Origin: Octopus vulgaris
Taxonomy: Eukaryota
DNA length: 64,000 nucleotides
Direction: 5' to 3'
NCBI GenBank assembly: GCA_951406725.2
Contig: OX597824.1
Location: 57,784,001 to 57,848,000 of the forward strand
Below, piece by piece: positions 28,790 through 42,710 of the stretch (its first letter is position 1; every line of letters starts with the position of its first letter). The notes below the pieces were generated by a model. It was given only the letters and a program-made list of their open reading frames with translations, ran no database searches and was not told where the DNA came from. The position numbers and the translations under genes are program-made.

Positions 28790-31700
28790 CAGGAAACTGC
28801 AGGTTATGAAACTGGTGCATCAGATAGTACTCGGAGGAAACCGAGGGTTTTGTGGCCTGCTGTTAATGGGAAAGGAAAATATAAAGAGTTTGAAAACAAG
28901 GTATGTCAAGCTCTTTATAAAATGACAGGCTCCAAAGTGGAGAAACTGGGTAGTTAACAAGCTCAGTTTACGATACAAGAAAGGAATTATTTGGAATGAA
29001 AGAGACTATTCGATTAGCAAAAGGCAAGTGTGGACCAAGCAGGAGGATCAGGAAAATGAAACAGTTGAGGAAGGAAAACACCGGCCTAAGAAAGCGATGG
29101 AGATGTGCTACAAATGACGAAAAACCTGGCCTCCCGCTGCTGTACAACGATTTAAAAAGAAAGTGTCGTTATGTGCAGTGACATATCCGCCGATATGAGC
29201 GACAAAAGGAAAGTAAAAGGACTCAGGGGCAGTTTCTGAAGGACCCATATTGGTTTACTATGAAGCTGCGCACTGAACCGAAGAATTGGACACTCAAAGA
29301 AACCTACAGCGATCCGCACCGTAACCAGCCATTACCACCTCTACATGGGCTACACCATCTCTTAGAACCTGATATCGAATTTCAAACTGGGGACATCAGG
29401 GAGAAAGAGGTGGATGATATCATGAGAAAAGATAGAGCAAAGAGTGCCCCAGGAGGTGATGGCGTCTCGTATAAAGTTTACAAATATTGCAATCGTTTGC
29501 GAAAGGAGCTCTTTGTCCAACTCCGACGCTGTGACGCGAAGAGACTCTAGTAAAGAACTGGTGTAAGAGACCATAAAACAGTTTAGGCCGATGTCCTTAT
29601 TGAATGTGGAAGGAAAGATCTATATGGGAATTGTTTCAAGGAGAACAGTGACATATTTGCTGAGTAATGGATATGTTGATGAATCTGTTCAAAAGGCCGG
29701 AATCCCTGGGATCACTGGATGCGTTAATCACAGTTTTTCGATTTGGAAAGCGATCCAGGATGCCAAACAGAACAAGAAAAGTCTGAACGTGATATGCCTT
29801 GATCTAGCTAATGCATATGGCTCAGTGCTATACGAATTTCTGATGAGAGCCATGGACCGCTTCCACATTCCAGACAAAATAACCAAAATAATGAGGATGT
29901 ATTATGACAGTTTTTAGACAAGGTTTACAGGTGGAAATTTTACAACAGATTGGCACCGATTGGAGATTAGCATTGCTGCTGGCTGTACAATATCTGTTAC
30001 GTGGTTTATCTTAGTCATGGAGATGATTTTGAAAGCCGTGGATTTTTCGGAACAAATCGTCCATGTACAATCGCCTAAGAAAGCCTTCATGGATGACGTG
30101 ACACTTCTATCTACAGATAAGCATATCATGCAGCGTGCCTTCTTGAGACTAGACGAGCTTGTGAGGTGATCAAGGATGCGGTTTAGAGCAAAAAAGTTGC
30201 GTAGTCTGACATTTATTAAGGGAGTGCAGAAAGAATTTAAGTTTCGATTAGCTGAAGAAAGCATTCCAACAGTCAAAGAAGAATCCGTCAAGAGCTTGGG
30301 GGCGAGTATATACTGGAACATTGTCAGATAGGAGTCGCGGAATGGAAATTATGAAACAAGCCGGGGTTGGATTATCAGCGATTGTTAACTCAAAGTTACC
30401 AGGTAAATATAAAATTTGGTGCTTACAGTTCGGCTTGTATCTGTGACTTTCGTAGCCACTTTTAATATACGAGGTAGCATTGTTACGAACGAAAATGTAA
30501 TGTGTTCATTGGAAAGTGGCTAGGCCTGCTTCGGATGTTCAAAAGTTCAGCTCTTTATCATAAAAGAGGCTCGTTGCGGTTACCACTGGCGTCAATAGCC
30601 GAAATATATAAACTGGGGAAGATATGAACAGTGATGATGCTATGCAAATCAGGCGTAATCCACCGGAGGTGAAAACAACTAGGAAATGGAAAGCAAAAGC
30701 AGAGCCTGATGACAACTTGTCTTCTCTTATACACCGAGATATGGTGGGTGCAACGCAAAATCATCGGAAAGGGCTTGGTTTTGGTGCAGATCAGTTCAAA
30801 CCGTTTGCAAGTATGGTGCGGAGCGAACGCAGATCTGTTGTTGCAACAACGTCAAAGTGAGGGAAGCAGAGAGAAAAGATCTTCATTTGATCCAATGTAT
30901 TCAACAAGGACAGATGACGAGATGGGAAGAACATGTTATAGAGAGGAAAATAAGTTGGAACGAAATATGGAAGTGGACCACATCTCGGCTTAGTCTTCTG
31001 ATTCGTTTATCCTATGATGTTTTGCCATCACCTACAAATCTAGTAAGGTGGAACGTCTCAGAGAAGGATATATGCAAATGCGAAAACGTCGGAACACTGA
31101 AAAATATTCTTTCCAACTGTTCATTAGCATTGCACAGGTATACATAGGGAAACAACCTGTTCCTTAACGTTATCTTCAATATCATAAAGAAGCGAATTGA
31201 TCTCAACAACAGTGAAAAAAAGAAACGTTGTAAGTACCAACTAGAGGCTTCATTACCTTCGTGTGCTGAGGACAGCGGATCTGTTTCAAGAAGAACAACA
31301 ACAACAACAAACTTCCTGTGAGCAATGAAAAGTGGAACGGCTGTTGAGAGGTGACTGCAGATTTACCGGGGTGCCAAGGACCCTTTCCCATCCTAGTTAT
31401 GAAAAAACCGGACATTTTAATGTGGTGTGCAGGAAAGTTGTGAATCTAATCGAGTTAACGGTTCCTAATGAAGATAACAGGAACGCCGCTCGGGCTCGAA
31501 AGATTGACCGTTATGTAAACCTCCTCAAGGAATGTGAAGTCGCAGGTTGGAAAGCAGAGCATTTTCCAATCGAAGTCGGGTGTAGAAGTCTTGTGGGACT
31601 CAGTGTGAGACGACTGTTGTTATCGTTAGGCCTAACTCATCGTTAAGTACATACCACCATGACCGATATCCAAACTACAGTGGAGGCTAGCTACTGGATT

Positions 31701-31865
31701 TTGTTAAAAAGAGACGATGAGCGATAGCTAGAAGAATATTGAGCTGTATTTAATAACAACTTGATCTAGCAAGCGGGGCCTCATATCAGTGAGCATCGAT
31801 GCTGTCTAGAGGAAGGCCCAGAAACGGCGCGCATTCTGTCCTGATGACCACGTACACTTGCTGGC
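28790..31865 (+). mobile_element. RLE-type non-LTR retrotransposon (Hero-like, R2 superfamily), pseudogenised
   Basis: RT motifs KSAPGGDGV, RPMSLLNVEGKI, QKAGIPG..GC, LDLANAYGSV, IAAGCTIS, AFMDDVTL; zinc-knuckle region YDVLPSPTNL..C.C...GTLKNILSNC; RLE motifs KPDILMW, LIELTVP, PIEVGCR; many stops and frameshifts; structured 3' UTR 31758-31865. Confidence 0.88.
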
Positions 31866-32129
31866 TTCCGGTATTCGGAGTTCTCGACTGTTAGCACTTG
31901 CATGTGCAAATTGTTTCCAAAGCATCTAGTTGGTATATATCCTATTACTCCAATAATAGATATAAAGCTGAAAGTGTACTTTGCGTACTGGATTTGCAAA
32001 GTCCTTATTAGTGATTCATAGATGTCCTCTTTCTCTTGCTTTTTTTTTCTAACCGTATTGGCGTCCAGAGGGCAGCTGATTTCTTCAACAGAGTATATCT
32101 CATTATTTTATGCCTCCACTAAAGTTCAT

Positions 32130-33122
32130 TAGCTATCCTGATTATGTTGTTGATTTCACGGTCGCAAACTAGGGCAACTTATTAATTGTCTCTTGCTTCT
32201 GCTGCAGATGCAGTATCGGTGTCACAATATGTGTTTCATATGACATAAATAGGGATTTGAGACCATAGCCACCATCCTTGCGTGGGAAGTATGGCCTACC
32301 AACATTTCAATCGATGCTGAAGTTCCCTGTAACACTGAGCAGTTTGCGAATGTAAACATCTATCTCATTGAGTGACTAGTTCTGGAGGCCAGATGTGAGC
32401 GTGAGGACAGTTATGGCAAAGGTGTTGCAGGCAATATGCTTGTTGTAAGCCGAGAGTTCACATACTCATATTGTTTTTACTATCGTCCTCTCCTAAATTC
32501 ATGTGTCCGACATAGCACTTAGTCTCATCCTGTCCAATATATTCTAATGTTCTTCAGTGAGCTGAGGTTGCATTTCTAGGTTGTTTATGTCAAGTGTCTT
32601 GGATAACGGTACAAGTGTGCCAGAACTGAACATTTCGACTCACTAAATTTCATTCTAATGTCTTTGGAGAAATGGGTTTTGATGGGTTATGAGATACAGT
32701 TACTTTTTGTTGTGGTTAATATTTAGCCCATACAGCTTCAGGTCAGCTAGAGAGAAGGGATAAGAGATGTTATTGGACTCATTCCTATAACTGCTATGTT
32801 TTGTGATTAGGAGTTCAGTTAGAGTACAGAACTGTACTGACAAGCTACCGCCCTGAAGGATGTGTACAGTGTCAGATTACATGTCTTCATTGTCGCTTCT
32901 AAGAAGTAAGGAAGTGTACCAGCTTTTGGTTAGGCAGCGTGTGGCTGATACAAGTAGCGGTGGTACTTCGGTTAATGGAAGTGCCCTCATAATCTGCTCA
33001 TGTATAATCCCAAAGGCTTTTTGGTTGACCAGCCATATCATAGCCAAGGTTTTGCGATTCTTTGTAGCTCTTTCTTGTATCATTTTGTTTACTAGTAGGC
33101 ACTCAATACACACCCACCTTTC
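32130..33122 (-). mobile_element. R4/Dong-like non-LTR RT relic
   Basis: C.ECLLVNK..LAMIW..QKAF, ILQGGSLS, DLKLYG, FSKDIRMKF..KC, ELSAYNKHIACNTFA, YFPRKDGGYGL. Confidence 0.75.
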
Positions 33123-33262
33123 CTAGCAGGACACTAGCAGACTTATGGAGTCATTAGGCGAGAATGCGCGCCGTTTTGGAACCTTCCTCTAAACGGCAAT
33201 ATTGTGACCCCCCCCCCCCCACGCCAACATGAGGCCCATCTTGCTAGATCAACTAGTTTATA
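33123..33262 (-). mobile_element. Isolated 3' UTR copy of the Hero-like element
   Basis: Reverse complement ttgatctagcaagatgggcctcat..tagaggaagg..aaacggcgcgcattct matches 31760-31840. Confidence 0.8.
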
Positions 33263-33789
33263 GACTTTACTCAATATTCTTCTAGCCATATGTGTGTGTA
33301 TATAATGTATGTATATGTATATGTATGCATGCATATATACATACACACACAGAGACACATCTGGATCTAAATTCCCCCTCTCTGCCCTCACTATGCCTGG
33401 AGAGAGAGATAGAGAGAAAGAGAAGAAATAGTTTTTTTCCAAACGTGGTGAATTCATGACTGTTTAAATTACCCCATGTTTTTGAAAATACCTTTCTATT
33501 TTCTAATTAATCCTTCTTGTTTAATTTGGAACCGTAACGTTTCTAAATCCATTAACGTTTTAGAATATTTCATGCTTCCTCATCTTCTGTATAACATTTT
33601 TATAATACTTGTATTATACGATTTATAGCAATCCATAATTGTATATTGAAATGATTCTGCAATAGATAATTTGTGTGTGTATGTGTGTGTATAATATGTA
33701 TATGTGTATATATACATATATAGACAGGCACACATATACACACATTTTTCAAAAAGACATGAAAAGACAAAAAGACATGAAAATTTGCA

Positions 33790-35520
33790 GTGTTAAATGA
33801 CATGTTATAGTTATTCCTCCAGTTGTATAATGTTTCCGGGACTTGGAGGGCATGGATATTATTGTATATTTTAGTCTCTTGAAGAACTTCAGTGTCGACA
33901 AGATTGTTGCCAATTGTATTTTATTTGTGTCGAACAAAATTATGAGGGAGAAAATGGAACCAAAATCAACTCCTTGTTGTACTCTAGTTTTGATAGGTCT
34001 CTACCTGACTGCTGACTTCGTCATTCAAACAACCAATATGTTGTCAGTATGGAACGTAATATTATAAGGCTTGTTTTGATTCTATGTATACACTGATTTC
34101 TCCAAAACTCTGCGATTTGGGAGGAATTAGTCTATTCTCCGTGAGCCCTTGATCCAAATAGTAGATACTCCATACTTTGATTTATGTCTTTTGTTGAAGC
34201 TGTATCTACTGTATCAAAGAATTTCTTTTTAGATCCTTCTAGATATTATCAAAATTATTTTGCTGGTCTAAATAGATAATTACTCTTCTTTATATGGTTC
34301 TCCCATAGGACTATTGCGATATGGGAATGCTAGTGACATAGGCCTGTAATTGTTTGTTTGTGCCCTAATGACACCTTTATATATCAGAGTTGTTATAATT
34401 TCTGTCAACAGTTCTAGCAGTTCATTGTCTAGATAGCGCTGATCATTTTCAGGGAACTCGTAAAGTTGATTCTACAGATTTTAAATGTAGAAGGTCATCC
34501 AGTTCTGGAGCTGAATTTGTGTCCAGATAGGTTTGTTGATTCAATTATGCCGTGTTCATTGAGGTTCATAAGTACTATGCCGATCTGAGAGGTTGTCGTC
34601 TGGTAGAATATGCCAAAGTGTTTTGTACGTTGTACTTTCATTGGCTAGGAAAAAACTCTCGTTTAGCTCTTTGAATTGATGCCAAGTCATCTTAACTGTG
34701 AAGTGGTCCGTTGTTGTTCTGTTTCACTAGTAGAGAGTCCTGTGTATAGCAGTAGAAAAATATTTCGACTTAACTTCATCCCCTTAACCACCGGCATTTC
34801 TTACCTTGATCATTATTTTTCGTTTGGTCTCAAAAATGCAGCTCCAATTATTTCATATTTTATTTTCTTGACATCTTGCCTCTTTATCACAGATTGATTG
34901 GTTAGATTTTTCGTAATAACCTTATGAGGTTTCACTTGTAATTTAGAAGAAGTAGAAAAGTGTGAAACAATAGTTTTCAGTATTTCTTTGAACGAAAATC
35001 CAGCTTTGTTCTCCAAACAGAGTTGTATGTTATTATTAAATTACTGTTTGCTAGTTGAGCCTCGATTACCACGGTCAGTTTCCGAGGGTAGAAATTTGTG
35101 GGACATTTATGTTCTGGTTGGGAAACGGTAATGTGCATTGATAACTCGAGGGTTTTATGGTGTAAGTTGCTAAAAGAAACGAAAAACGGGTGAATGCTTA
35201 TTTCGATGTTGTGTAGCAAGTCTTTGCTGTAAGTGAATTTGACGTTTTAGGTGTGTGTTTGGGTTGCGTTATTAGTTAATACAAGAAATGGTATTGGGTG
35301 TCATTGATTTAGCGCCAACATTTTCGTTTAGGAGAGAATCTTCTGGTTTACTATAACCTGGAGATCGCTTTACTTCCGCTTGGTCGAGGTCATTAGAAAG
35401 ATGATTTTTTAAACCCCAAGTGTCAATCTTTTTAGAGTACCTTTTGTATATTTGACAACTAATTGTAGTTACAGTAGGAAGCTGTGCTTCGAGGTCAATA
35501 AATGACATGTAGTACGATAC
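33790..35520 (-). mobile_element. Old CR1/Jockey-group LINE ORF2 relic
   Basis: TNSAPELD (SAPGPD-like), LIYKG...NNYRPMSLA, QQGVDFGSIF (QGSVLGP-like); heavily decayed; the 5' extent is uncertain. Confidence 0.65.
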
Positions 35521-35627
35521 TCTTTAGTGTTATATAAGCGGTCACTAGCTCACATATTCAAAAGAATAAGAAGCACTCTAGTAGTAAAGTGTTCTTAGAG
35601 ACATAAAGTCGCATTTTTCTGGATCAA

Positions 35628-35683
<56 letters not shown>

Positions 35684-35701
35684 ATATCTATCTATCTATC
35701 T

Positions 35702-35744
<43 letters not shown>

Positions 35745-35794
35745 ATATATATGTATATATATATATATATATACATATATATACATATATATAT

Positions 35795-35836
<42 letters not shown>

Positions 35837-35909
35837 AATAATAGGGAATAAATCCAAACTTACAGGGAAAAATCAGATTTAGGATTGAATCCAATTTTAT
35901 AGTAAAATA

Positions 35910-36178
35910 TTATATTATATTAAATTAGAGACAAAACCACTATTAGGCAAATCATACAATGAAAAACTTAAGCCAATACATAAGATTATTTAATTCATAT
36001 TATTTAAATATATAACAAAATTATAAAAAAAATATAATTAATATATCACTATTATATTTTTTAATAATTTTGTTATATATTTAAATAATATAAATTAAAT
36101 AATCGTATGTATTGGCTTAAGTTTTTCATTGTATGATTTGCCTAATAGTGGTTTTGTCTCTAATTTAATATAATATAT
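35910..36178. repeat. AT-rich inverted repeat, arms about 120 bp
   Basis: ttagagacaaaaccactattaggcaaatcatacaatgaaaaacttaagccaataca mirrored at 36107-36163. Confidence 0.9.
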
Positions 36179-36266
36179 ATATATATATTTATTTACTGTA
36201 ATTCCTGATACATACATACATACACACACGCAACAATTTATACATACATATATGTGTATGTATACA

Positions 36267-36356
<90 letters not shown>

Positions 36357-36864
36357 TCACACACACACGCTTCCATGCTAACTCGGTCTCCCTGGTGTGA
36401 GATGTGTCACTTTTAACACAATTCTGCTAATATACTGTGCGTTTGCAAGATTCTTTTATGGAATGGATTTTTGTCGGTTCTTTTTTACTGTATGTCCTTT
36501 AGGTGTTGCAAAGAATAAAGGAGCTATTATTGATGTGTCTATATTTGCAATGGGTTGTACATCCCAGCTGTTGATGTCAAAGAAGTTCACCTGCTGAGTT
36601 TCAGCCTTCTTTATCAACAATAATAATTTTAAGTATCATAGTTGTTTTTTTCTAAAAAGATAAAAATTATGTTTTGTCTCTAATATTGCTTTGTTTTGTC
36701 TCATTAAGTATGATCTTGAGAAAGTTTAGGTGATTGGTTTCTCATGTGTTATGGTGGCTGATCAGTAGTGAATTCTGGCTTCAGATTATATATTAGTGGC
36801 TTAGTGTCCATAATTAATGGCATGCTGTTTAGCATCTCTTTCTTGCGGATACAGTGATATATAT

Positions 36865-36900
<36 letters not shown>

Positions 36901-36935
36901 TTATATATGTGTGTGTGTAAATATATATATATATA

Positions 36936-37318
36936 GGCGCATGGGTGGCTGTGTGGTAAATAGCTTGCTTACCAACCACATGGTTTCAAGTTCAGTCCCA
37001 CTGCGTGTCACCTCGGGCCGACCAAAGCCTTGTGAGTGGATTTGGTAGAGGGAAACTGAAAGAAGCCCGTCGTATATATGTATATATATGTATGTGCGTG
37101 TATATGTTTGTGTGTCTGTATTTGTCCCTCCAACATCACTTGACAACCGATGATGGCGTGTTTACGTCCCTGTAACTTAGCGGTTCGGCAAAAGACACCG
37201 ATAGAATATGTACTAGGCTTACAAAGAATAAGTCCTGTGGTCAATTTGCTCGACTAACGGTGGTGCTCCAGCATGGCTGCAGCCAAATGACTGAAACAAG
37301 TAAAAGAGTGAAAGAGTG
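36936..37318 (+). mobile_element. SINE family A, full-length
   Basis: tRNA-like head, ccttgtgagtggatttggtag, internal microsatellite, gatagaat..gtactagg body, tail gtaaaagagtgaaagag; flanked by (TA)n. Confidence 0.9.
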
Positions 37319-38464
37319 TATATATATATAGCATGCCACGTGATGCTGTGTGGCCTTTTGTTCTGGCTTTTTGAATTCTGAGTGAGATAACGTCGTTACA
37401 GCCTGACACTAGTGTGGTCGTAAGCAAAGTCCACAACCATTCTAGTATCAAGCTGTCTCGGCCTTGTCTTACCTTTGGACATCATTCATAACATGGAAAT
37501 GGGACTTACATGCTTAAACAATTGCATCTTCCACAAAAAGATATATGCCTTGCCATGCGTTTCGAAGAGGAATTTATCAAGTTCAGAAATGCACGGTCAA
37601 CCATAACAGAAGGTACTAGATTACTTTGTCAACGACATCATACGTATGTGTGTGTGTACGTGTGTGAGTTTATGTGTATGTGTGTGTGTTTATGTATGTA
37701 TGTATGTATGTATGTATTATATATGTATGCGTGTATGTATGTATTTATGGATGTATGCATGCTTGCATGCATATTTAGCTCTTCAGCGTATGACTTTTCC
37801 ATTTTAGATATTTAATATTATGGAAGAATTACGAAAATTTAAGTGTTATGTTGCCATTTTAGTGGCAATATTACGCTTCTAAATTTAAATAGTTATCTAT
37901 GTGCCTGGATATGGATTTGGTAATTGACCAATTGGTCTTGAAACTGCTTACCTCTATCCATAAGTTACCAAAGATACATAGTGTTGTAGTAGATATGTAT
38001 CGTTCTTTCTTTTCTTTTTTGCTTCCTTGTCATTTCTAATAGAGATCATTGCTCAATACACCACACATTTTTGGCATATGAGGTTCTTGTACTTGCTTAT
38101 GTCATGTTCTAATTTTAACTGGGACAAAATTATGGAATCGATTGTAGCTCAAATTAACACTGCATACATTAAATATTGGTGGAACTTACCGTTTTGTGAA
38201 ATAAAGTATATTTATTTTGTGTGATGAAGATCGGGAAGTATATTGATATTTAAACTAAATTGTAGATTATTCTACATGATCTTCGATTTTCTGTTTTAAT
38301 GGTTTCATTGTTCTTTATATAGTCCCTTGAAAATTTTTTTCAATCTACTTCTATATATGTTGATGTATATTGCACGAAGCAGTTAAAAGATTATTTGTCG
38401 TAAGATGTCAGAGTTCCTTTTAGTGTAAGATACAAGTAGAAAGGCTGGAGTTTATAAGAATGTA

Positions 38465-39721
38465 TCAGGTCATTCCATAAGTTCTGTCCGGTTTTACCCT
38501 TTTAAAATTGAATGAAATTCGATAGTATTTTAGAATGTCTAATGGAATAAAATGTTACATTTATGCTTTTGTGTACATTTAAACTAATTAAATATTTATA
38601 ATTAAATATTATTTTACAGAATAATAGAATTAAGATTTCTTTGATTAAAACTCTTTCTAACATGGAAGTATCCAAAGTATCCATAATGCTTTATGAGTAC
38701 AAAAAAGGAAACTCTGCAACCGAAGCGACTCGAAACATACACTCAGTTTATGGGAAATAATGCTTGAATGAAAGAACTTGCAGAAGATGGTTTGCAAAAT
38801 TCAGAAGTGGAGATTTCAGCCTTGAAGATGAAGAAAGAACAGGACGTCCAGTTGAGTTTGATGATAAGCTCCTTGAGGCATTACTTGAAGAAAATCCTGT
38901 ATTATCAGTTGAAGAACTGGCAACAAAGCTTAGTTCAAACTACACAACTGTTCACCGTCATCTTCAACAACTTGGAAAGGTTCCTAAAGTTGGAAAATGG
39001 GTGCCTCGTGAATTGTCCGAAAGCAACCGCAAATTCCAAGTTGATATCTGCTCTTCTCTCCATTCTCGCAAACTCCTTTCACCCTTTTTGGATAGATTTG
39101 TGACTGGTGGCGAAAATGGATCTTCTATCGAAATGCTAAACGTTGTAAACAGTGGCTTTGTAAAAGGGAAAAAGCCCAACCACAATCGAGAAAAATGGAA
39201 AAAAGGTTCTTCTCTCTATTTGGTGGGATTGCAAAGGAGTAATTCACTTTGAATTGTTACCACCTAATGTAACAATCAATGCTCAAATCTACTGTCAGCA
39301 ATTAGAGCGTTTGAACCAAGCTTTAAAGAAAAAAAGACCAACTTTAGTGAATCGAAGAGGAGTGATGTTTCATCGGGACAATGCGCGACACCACACTGCA
39401 AAGATCACATCACAGAAGATCGAAGAGCTTGGTTGGGAAAAAATTCCTTATTCACCTTATTCTCCTGGCCTTACTCCTTCAGACTACCATTTGTTTCGTA
39501 GTTTACAGAATCTTTTGGGGGACATAACTTTCGCAAGCCAGGAGGAAGTCGAAACAGACAATTCAGAGTTCTTCACTTTCACACCAATAGAGTTTTAAAT
39601 TGATGGGATTAAAATGCTTGTAAATAGATGGAAGGAAGTCGATTAAATTTCAATTAAATATAATATTTGATCGCTTGTTTTCGTTATTCAAAATTCAGAC
39701 AGAACTTATGGGATGACGTAA
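38465..39721 (+). mobile_element. Full-length mariner (DD34D) DNA transposon, transposase disrupted
   Basis: TIRs tcaggtcattccataagttctgtc / gacagaacttatgggatgacgtaa with flanking TA; RRWFAKFRSGDFSLED..RTGRP, WVPREL, FHRDNAR, YSPGLTPSDYHLF; ATG near 38662; stops and frameshifts; first catalytic D reads G. Confidence 0.95.
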
Positions 39722-40174
39722 TACTAAGACTCGTTAAGTTTTCTGTAAGAATTGTATTTTGTGGAGCTTACATTCGTTTGGGACCATGACTAATAAATTA
39801 ACTACTTTAATTTTAGTGATGCTGGTGATTCTTTGAACGTGTCGAAATCTATTCAAGTCTCTTCTAAACTTATCGAGCTTTTATTAAGGAATTGGAATTA
39901 ATGCATCATCTCTTTAAAACTCTCAGATTAAGGGATTAAATTTTGTCCTTTGTGATTTTAAGACTATTAAATTAAGTATTTAATTTTTTCTTTTCTCAAA
40001 ATATGCCAAGTGGTTGTGAAAACGTTGTACAGCACTGCGTTTGACACAGAATGAATTATCAAAAAAAAAATGACAAAAAGTAACTGCTTAGCGAGCATGA
40101 TCGTGAAAATATCTATCCCATACTTGGCCCATTAGTAACAATTTTCCTATTATCTTCATTATATAAATTTGTAC

Positions 40175-40366
40175 ATGTAAATACTCTGTACATTATTTAC
40201 ATTATTTACTTTCGAGGGATATTTGTCCTCATCTTGTTTGTTGATAACACAACGTTTCGTCTGACATACGCTCCAGCCTTTTTCAGGTGTCTTGGGGGAA
40301 ATTTCGAACCTGGGTTCTCATTCCTAAGGTTTTTTTATGTTGTTGTTATTGTTGTTGTTGTTGTTG

Positions 40367-40448
<82 letters not shown>

Positions 40449-40548
40449 CATTATTATCATGATTATTATTATTCAGGTCACTGTTTGAAATCGAACTCGG
40501 AATCTTGGGGTTAGTAGCCCGCGCTCTTAACCGCAACGCCATATGCCC
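40175..40548 (-). mobile_element. tRNA-headed SINE-like element carrying a hammerhead (copy 1)
   Basis: Reverse complement gggcatatggcgttgcggttaagagcgcgggctactaacccc..gagttcgatt, then (AAT)n, then acac-CTGAAAA-a-ggctg..cagac-GAAAC-GTT-gtgt (40247-40290). Confidence 0.7.
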
Positions 40549-40813
40549 GTGGGTGAAGTGGTTAACAACACAGTCTATTAACTCCAGTTATTTACCCGAG
40601 TTCGATTCCATGCAGTGACCTGGACAATAATAATAATAACATCGAAAAATACCTTAGGCATGAGAACCCAGGTTCGAAATTTCCCCATGACACCAGAAGA
40701 AGACTGGAGAATATATCAGCCGAAACGTTGTGTTAACAACAAACAATCTGAGGACAAATATCCATCGAACGTAAATAATGTACATAATTCCTCCTCTCTT
40801 AAATATAGAACTG
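40549..40813 (+). mobile_element. tRNA-headed SINE-like element carrying a hammerhead (copy 2, head-to-head with copy 1)
   Basis: agtggttaa..gagttcgattcc..gtgacctg, (AAT)n, acac-CAGAAGA-a-gactg..cagcc-GAAAC-GTT-gtgt (40690-40733). Confidence 0.7.
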
Positions 40814-40917
40814 TATAAATACACTGGTTTAAGTATTGAGATGTGTTTTCCTACTTGTAAAACCGAAAGTACGTATATGAAAATGAGCGTGTACACACAG
40901 ACAGACACACACACACA

Positions 40918-41350
40918 CTTGTTTCAGTTATTAGACTGAGGCTATGCTGGGGCACCGCCTCGTATTGTAGTCGTACCAATGGAATTTAGTACTTATCTTT
41001 TTTAAGTTTGGTACTTATTCTATCGGAGTCTTTTGCTGAAGCACAAGCTTCAGGGGGCGTTAACACACCGACACCGTTTGTGAAGTAGCGGCAGTGGACA
41101 AGCACACACATGTACACGGACGCACACACGCACACAAACACACACACACGCACACATAGAAACGCGCTCGCGTGCACGCACACACATATGTATACGACGG
41201 GCTTCTTTCGGTTTCTGTGTTCCACGTCCCCTCGAAAGGATTTGGTTGGCCCGTAGCTATAGTAGAAAATGCTTGCCCACGGTGCCACGTAGTTAGACTG
41301 AACCTGAAACCATATGGATGGGAAGCAAGCTTCTTGCTACACGGCCAAGT
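40918..41350 (-). mobile_element. SINE family A, diverged copy
   Basis: Tail, body and head are recognisable on the reverse strand. Confidence 0.8.
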
Positions 41351-41388
41351 CTGCACCTACACACACACATACACGCACACACACGCGA

Positions 41389-41420
<32 letters not shown>

Positions 41421-42104
41421 GCACACATTTATTAGGGAACATCAAAGAAATCCATCCTTTAATTTATTATATCAACGCAAGAATACTGAAATGAAAATGT
41501 CTATTCCGCTGGTATTTTAACCTTGAACACAAATGACAATATCAGTTTTACCATTCCATTTCCCTAATAATCATAAGTAACAATATCCATCATGTTACTT
41601 GGTTTCGAACCACTGAGAGTCTTGTTTCCACACATATTTGACTAAATTCCTTTCAGTCGATCTTTATTCACGCATTTAAAACTACTTTATTCAAAGTGTT
41701 CGTTCTTTCTAATGATCTTGCATTGTATCCCAATAATTTCAGACAGATTTGGCTGCTATCTCTGCCAAATCCATGAATCGCATACAGGCTGTATTGTTGC
41801 CTCCATGATACAAGGGTCTTCTATGCAATACTTTTTATCTATTCTTACAAACAGCCTTAATTACCTACCCCCTCTCTCTCTCTCTCTCATTGTTTGTCGC
41901 TGTCTGTCTCAGTCTCTTTCTCTTTCACACACAGCACTCTCTCTCTGTCTCACCCTGAAAAGACCAAATCAGTTGCTTTCATGGATTTTCAGACTTATCT
42001 AATAATGACGCAATCAGCCATATTCAAGATGCAATCAGTGGCCAGCACGGGAGGTATTCCGACTAATTTCCAGTCTCATAGTAATGTTAAATATCAGTGA
42101 AAGA

Positions 42105-42535
<431 letters not shown>

Positions 42536-42541
42536 AAACTA

Positions 42542-42616
<75 letters not shown>

Positions 42617-42634
42617 TGATATATAATTTATATA

Positions 42635-42709
<75 letters not shown>

Positions 42710-42710
<1 letters not shown>

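Noticed and set aside
31820-31850. GAAAC...GTC-CTGATGA in the Hero 3' UTR as a permuted hammerhead
   Set aside because: There is no room for stem I between GUC and CUGAUGA, no closing stem II, and the second copy has ctaatga/aaaac
36936-37010. tRNA gene candidates (also 28028, 40475, 56799)
   Set aside because: No complete acceptor stem, and each continues into a repeat body; these are SINE heads
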